Under the pieces are notes generated by a model. That model saw nothing but the letters and a program-made list of their open reading frames with translations. It ran no database searches and was not told the origin of the DNA. Of a stretch of DNA of 64,000 nucleotides, positions 61,501-64,000 are shown one piece after another. Position 1 is the first letter of the stretch; each line of letters begins with the position of its first letter. The DNA comes from Neoechinorhynchus agilis. Its lineage: Eukaryota; Animalia; Acanthocephala. The position numbers and the translations under genes were made by a program. The stretch spans positions 17,090,784 to 17,154,783 of the forward strand of contig CM121341.1 in NCBI GenBank assembly GCA_051530055.1, written 5' to 3'.

Positions 61501-62500
61501 GTATTTTTCGCTTCTGAGGGACGAAGCGAAAATTCCCAGATTTGGTAGGGTGCGGAATAGTGGTTTTAGGCAGATGAGACATGAGTGGTAGCAAGGATGA
61601 GAGGGGTTTAGGAGGAGTTAATTTACGAGGCGAGGGATGCTTAACGTAGTCGTCGAAGGATGGTAGGGGTGTGTGCTTTTTACTAGAAAATCGATGTACA
61701 GGGGAGAAGGTGGTAGGTTTTGATGGGGCTAACGTTGAAACGTAATCGTAGAACGATGGGATGGGTTTATGGTTTTTCTAGCAGTACGGGGTGCTAGAGA
61801 GGAGGTGGAGGATTTAGGTGAGGCCGAGGAGGTTTAATGGCGGAGCACAGTGAGATTTAGAGTGCAGGTACTAGGGAAGACTGGTATGAGAGATGATAGG
61901 AACGGAATTAAGGAGGAGAGAAGATTGTTGAAGAGAAGTCGAATTAGAGTGTGGAGAGGAGTCTTGGAGGGCGCCGACAGCTAAGGGTGGGTGGACAGTA
62001 TTTAAAGAGTGAAGCGAGGGAGAAGAGGAGGTTTGGGGTGAGGAAACTGGAGATTGAAGGGGTTGGGGATTATGGGTTTGGGAGTGGTAAGCGTTTGAGT
62101 ACTTATTGGGAAGCGGGGGGCGGACCGGAGTACAGGGTTTGAGCAAGGCGGCAGTACAGAAATCGCAAATAAATTTCCTGCCTGCTGCCCAAGTATTTGT
62201 GACGAATATTTGAGTTTTAACCGGACAATCGTCCATGTCACAGGGGACGAGCTTGGTGGTTGGGCGCTTTGGCCTCGGCATTGTTACGTTGATCGTGTGA
62301 TGACGTTGATGCTCACAGATTTGATTGCAATTGTTTACGACGTTAGATCTTGTGACGGCGTTGATCGTCTGACAAGGAGTATTCGATAACGTGTGACGAC
62401 AACGAGAGAGAACGTTGAACTTTGACGATTGACGAGAGAGAGAACGTTGTCGAGAGAGAACGCTGAACGAGAGAACCTTGAACGGGAGAGAGGATTCAAT
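58515..62500 (-). mobile_element. Near full-length, frameshifted CR1/L2-like LINE (ORF1 with a PHD-like finger, APE, RT)
   Basis: ORF1 C..C...FICDFC; APE YSNIRSL.PKLDEL...ITETWL, ILGDFN, LDKIF; RT RPISILS..SKILE, QFAFR, YTDD. AATAAA near 58520. Confidence 0.92.
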
Positions 62501-62644
62501 TTTTATGTGAAAAACAAATTTTCGTTCGATTGGCTGCTTTCCCACATTTTTACATCAAATTTAAATTTTTTAAGATTTTTGAAGCACGATATAAAATTGA
62601 GGCCGAATTGCGTTATTTCAAATGTGGGCAAAATTCGGTTGCAA

Positions 62645-62960
62645 GTATGCCGCCTAGACAGCAAGCGACCTGACGGTTTCACGGTTTTTCCATGGCTGGA
62701 GGGAAAACCGCTTTTATGGGATGCGACAGCGGTCGTAGCTAAGGAACGAAAGCGTTCAAAATACAGAGAGCTATTAAGGAATTACTATTTCGTCCCTTTC
62801 GCCGTGGAAACGTATGGAGCCTTGGGACCGTCAGCGCTCACTCTCCTCGACGATTTGGGACGAAGGACGAAAAGGATGACGGGGAACCGCGCTCGAGAAA
62901 TTTCCTCCCTCAACGAATTGCAATTGCGATACATCGGGATGTTTACAGGAATCAAAAGCG
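62645..62960 (+). mobile_element. CRE-type RLE 3' fragment
   Basis: RLDSKRPDGFTVFPWLEGKPLLWDAT...PFAVETYGALGPSA; sister of 960-1325. Confidence 0.85.
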
Positions 62961-63043
62961 AAATAGTTTCACCAAAAAAAAAGAATAAATCGATTGCTCA
63001 TGAAGGGAAAAAGACCGTTCTTGCGAATGTTCAACGCCTTGTT

Positions 63044-63117
63044 TGCCCCAGGTGAGGCTCGAACTCACGACCTCCAGATTATGAGACTGGCGCTCTAACC
63101 AACTGAGCCACTGAGGC
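63044..63117 (-). tRNA. Elongator tRNA-Met(CAT)
   Basis: GCCTCAG...CCAGT-CT-CAT-AA-TCTGG...GTTCGAG...CTGGGGC-A; G1:C72 pair and TTC T-loop indicate the elongator type. Confidence 0.96.
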
Positions 63118-63251
63118 GTTGGGAAAACGCTCTCATGTGGTTATATGCCCTTTTCTTATAGAAAATAATTTATTTATCAAATGATCAAACGAGCAATTAA
63201 ATAGCACACCACAATTGAATCGTTCACAGACAAGAATTTATGGAAATTTCG

Positions 63252-64000
63252 TTAGAAATATACAGAACGATCTTCATTTTCTGTCCGTAAGCATAAGGGT
63301 TTTCGACACTTGAGCGCTGGTATCACAAAGTACTCCGGCCTTTTTATCCTTCCAACTCCACTCCACTCGAAAAAAGTCCGTTCTTCGACTATGGCTGACT
63401 TTTTTGTCCAATTGAACTCTACCCAATTATTGATAAATTTCTGGCCTAATTCTTTTGAAGTGTTCATAGACTCTTTCACAAGTGATTCGCTATCGATATC
63501 TTCGCCTCCTAATCGGGCAATAATTGCTTGATAGAATAACAGAATGGATCTATTTCCTGATCCATGTGATTTTATTGCTTCGTGGCATGCATCGAGAATC
63601 CAACAGTTCTCTGGTATAATTTCGCCGCCTACTAGTATTTGACATTCACTTAACTTAAGAAGAGCTCGTTCAAATAAAGGATCGCAGAAATTCAGTTTAG
63701 AACCACTTCTAACCGATAAACTCCCGTCTTCAGTCTTGGCACTTAGTATTGCGTATATTGATCTTATTGCCTGTGAGAACTCTAAAACTGCTTTTCGATA
63801 TTCCTTACTTCGGGCATAAGATTGGCTCACAAGACAATGACCGTATAGCTTTGATAAGTGATCACGGCTACCCATGTGATGAGTATGTCGGCTTAATCTC
63901 AGCCTTATCTTCTTATGAATTTCTTCACATTTCTCTCGACTATTCCTTGGTTGCATTAAACCTTCGGTTGGAAGAATAGTGTTACGGGAAATGGATGTTT
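63252..64000 (-). CDS. 3' part of an unidentified helical (TPR-like?) protein gene extending beyond the window
   Basis: 234-codon open frame with coding-like composition; no motif recognised. Confidence 0.5.
   Translation of the reverse strand, partial: TSISRNTILPTEGLMQPRNSREKCEEIHKKIRLRLSRHTHHMGSRDHLSKLYGHCLVSQSYARSKEYRKAVLEFSQAIRSIYAILSAKTEDGSLSVRSGSKLNFCDPLFERALLKLSECQILVGGEIIPENCWILDACHEAIKSHGSGNRSILLFYQAIIARLGGEDIDSESLVKESMNTSKELGQKFINNWVEFNWTKKSAIVEERTFFEWSGVGRIKRPEYFVIPALKCRKPLCLRTENEDRSVYF

Noticed and set aside
58553-62142. Long plus-strand ORFs over the LINE (and similar antisense ORFs over RRS1 and other genes)
   Set aside because: They are shadows of C/T-skewed coding sequence on the opposite strand and have no motifs of their own.
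62645-63117. CRE element targeting the tRNA-Met gene
   Set aside because: The sister copy at 960 has no tRNA nearby, and the tRNA is intact and about 80 bp away.

Overview
Eukaryotic, AT-rich window from a compact-genome animal. Evidence: a Six3/6 homeobox gene, a NHERF-like gene, strongly diverged housekeeping proteins and typical introns of only about 37-55 nt. I cannot name the species. Genes: a multi-exon NO VEIN-like GHKL-ATPase/DUF3883 protein, RRS1, IER3IP1/Yos1, FTSJ1/TRM7, EXOSC7/RRP42 (largely missed by the ORF track and reconstructed by hand), Six3/6, a one-PDZ NHERF-like gene, a SLC20/PiT transporter, an intronless CDK-derived pseudokinase, LRR1, mitochondrial TrpRS, a 5'-nucleotidase, tRNA-Pro(TGG) and tRNA-Met(CAT). 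Between them lie many retroelement relics (Penelope, CRE-type RLE elements, RTE- and CR1-like LINEs, Gypsy gag-pro) and pogo/Tigger remnants. The most striking hidden structure is a set of minimal hammerhead-ribozyme motifs. Three have intact cores (9827, 12307, 17831) and several are degenerate. Most sit in inverted-repeat elements: one degenerate Penelope with an inverted 3' copy, miniature Penelope 3' ends, and a dispersed non-coding family of about 150-bp palindromes with the ribozyme core at or near the hairpin centre. Other highlights are a 3.1-kb 186-bp satellite inside an intron of LRR1, and 3'-splice-acceptor-like AG dinucleotides within 2 nt of several start codons (possible SL trans-splicing). 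All calls come from reading the sequence; no searches or folding programs were run.
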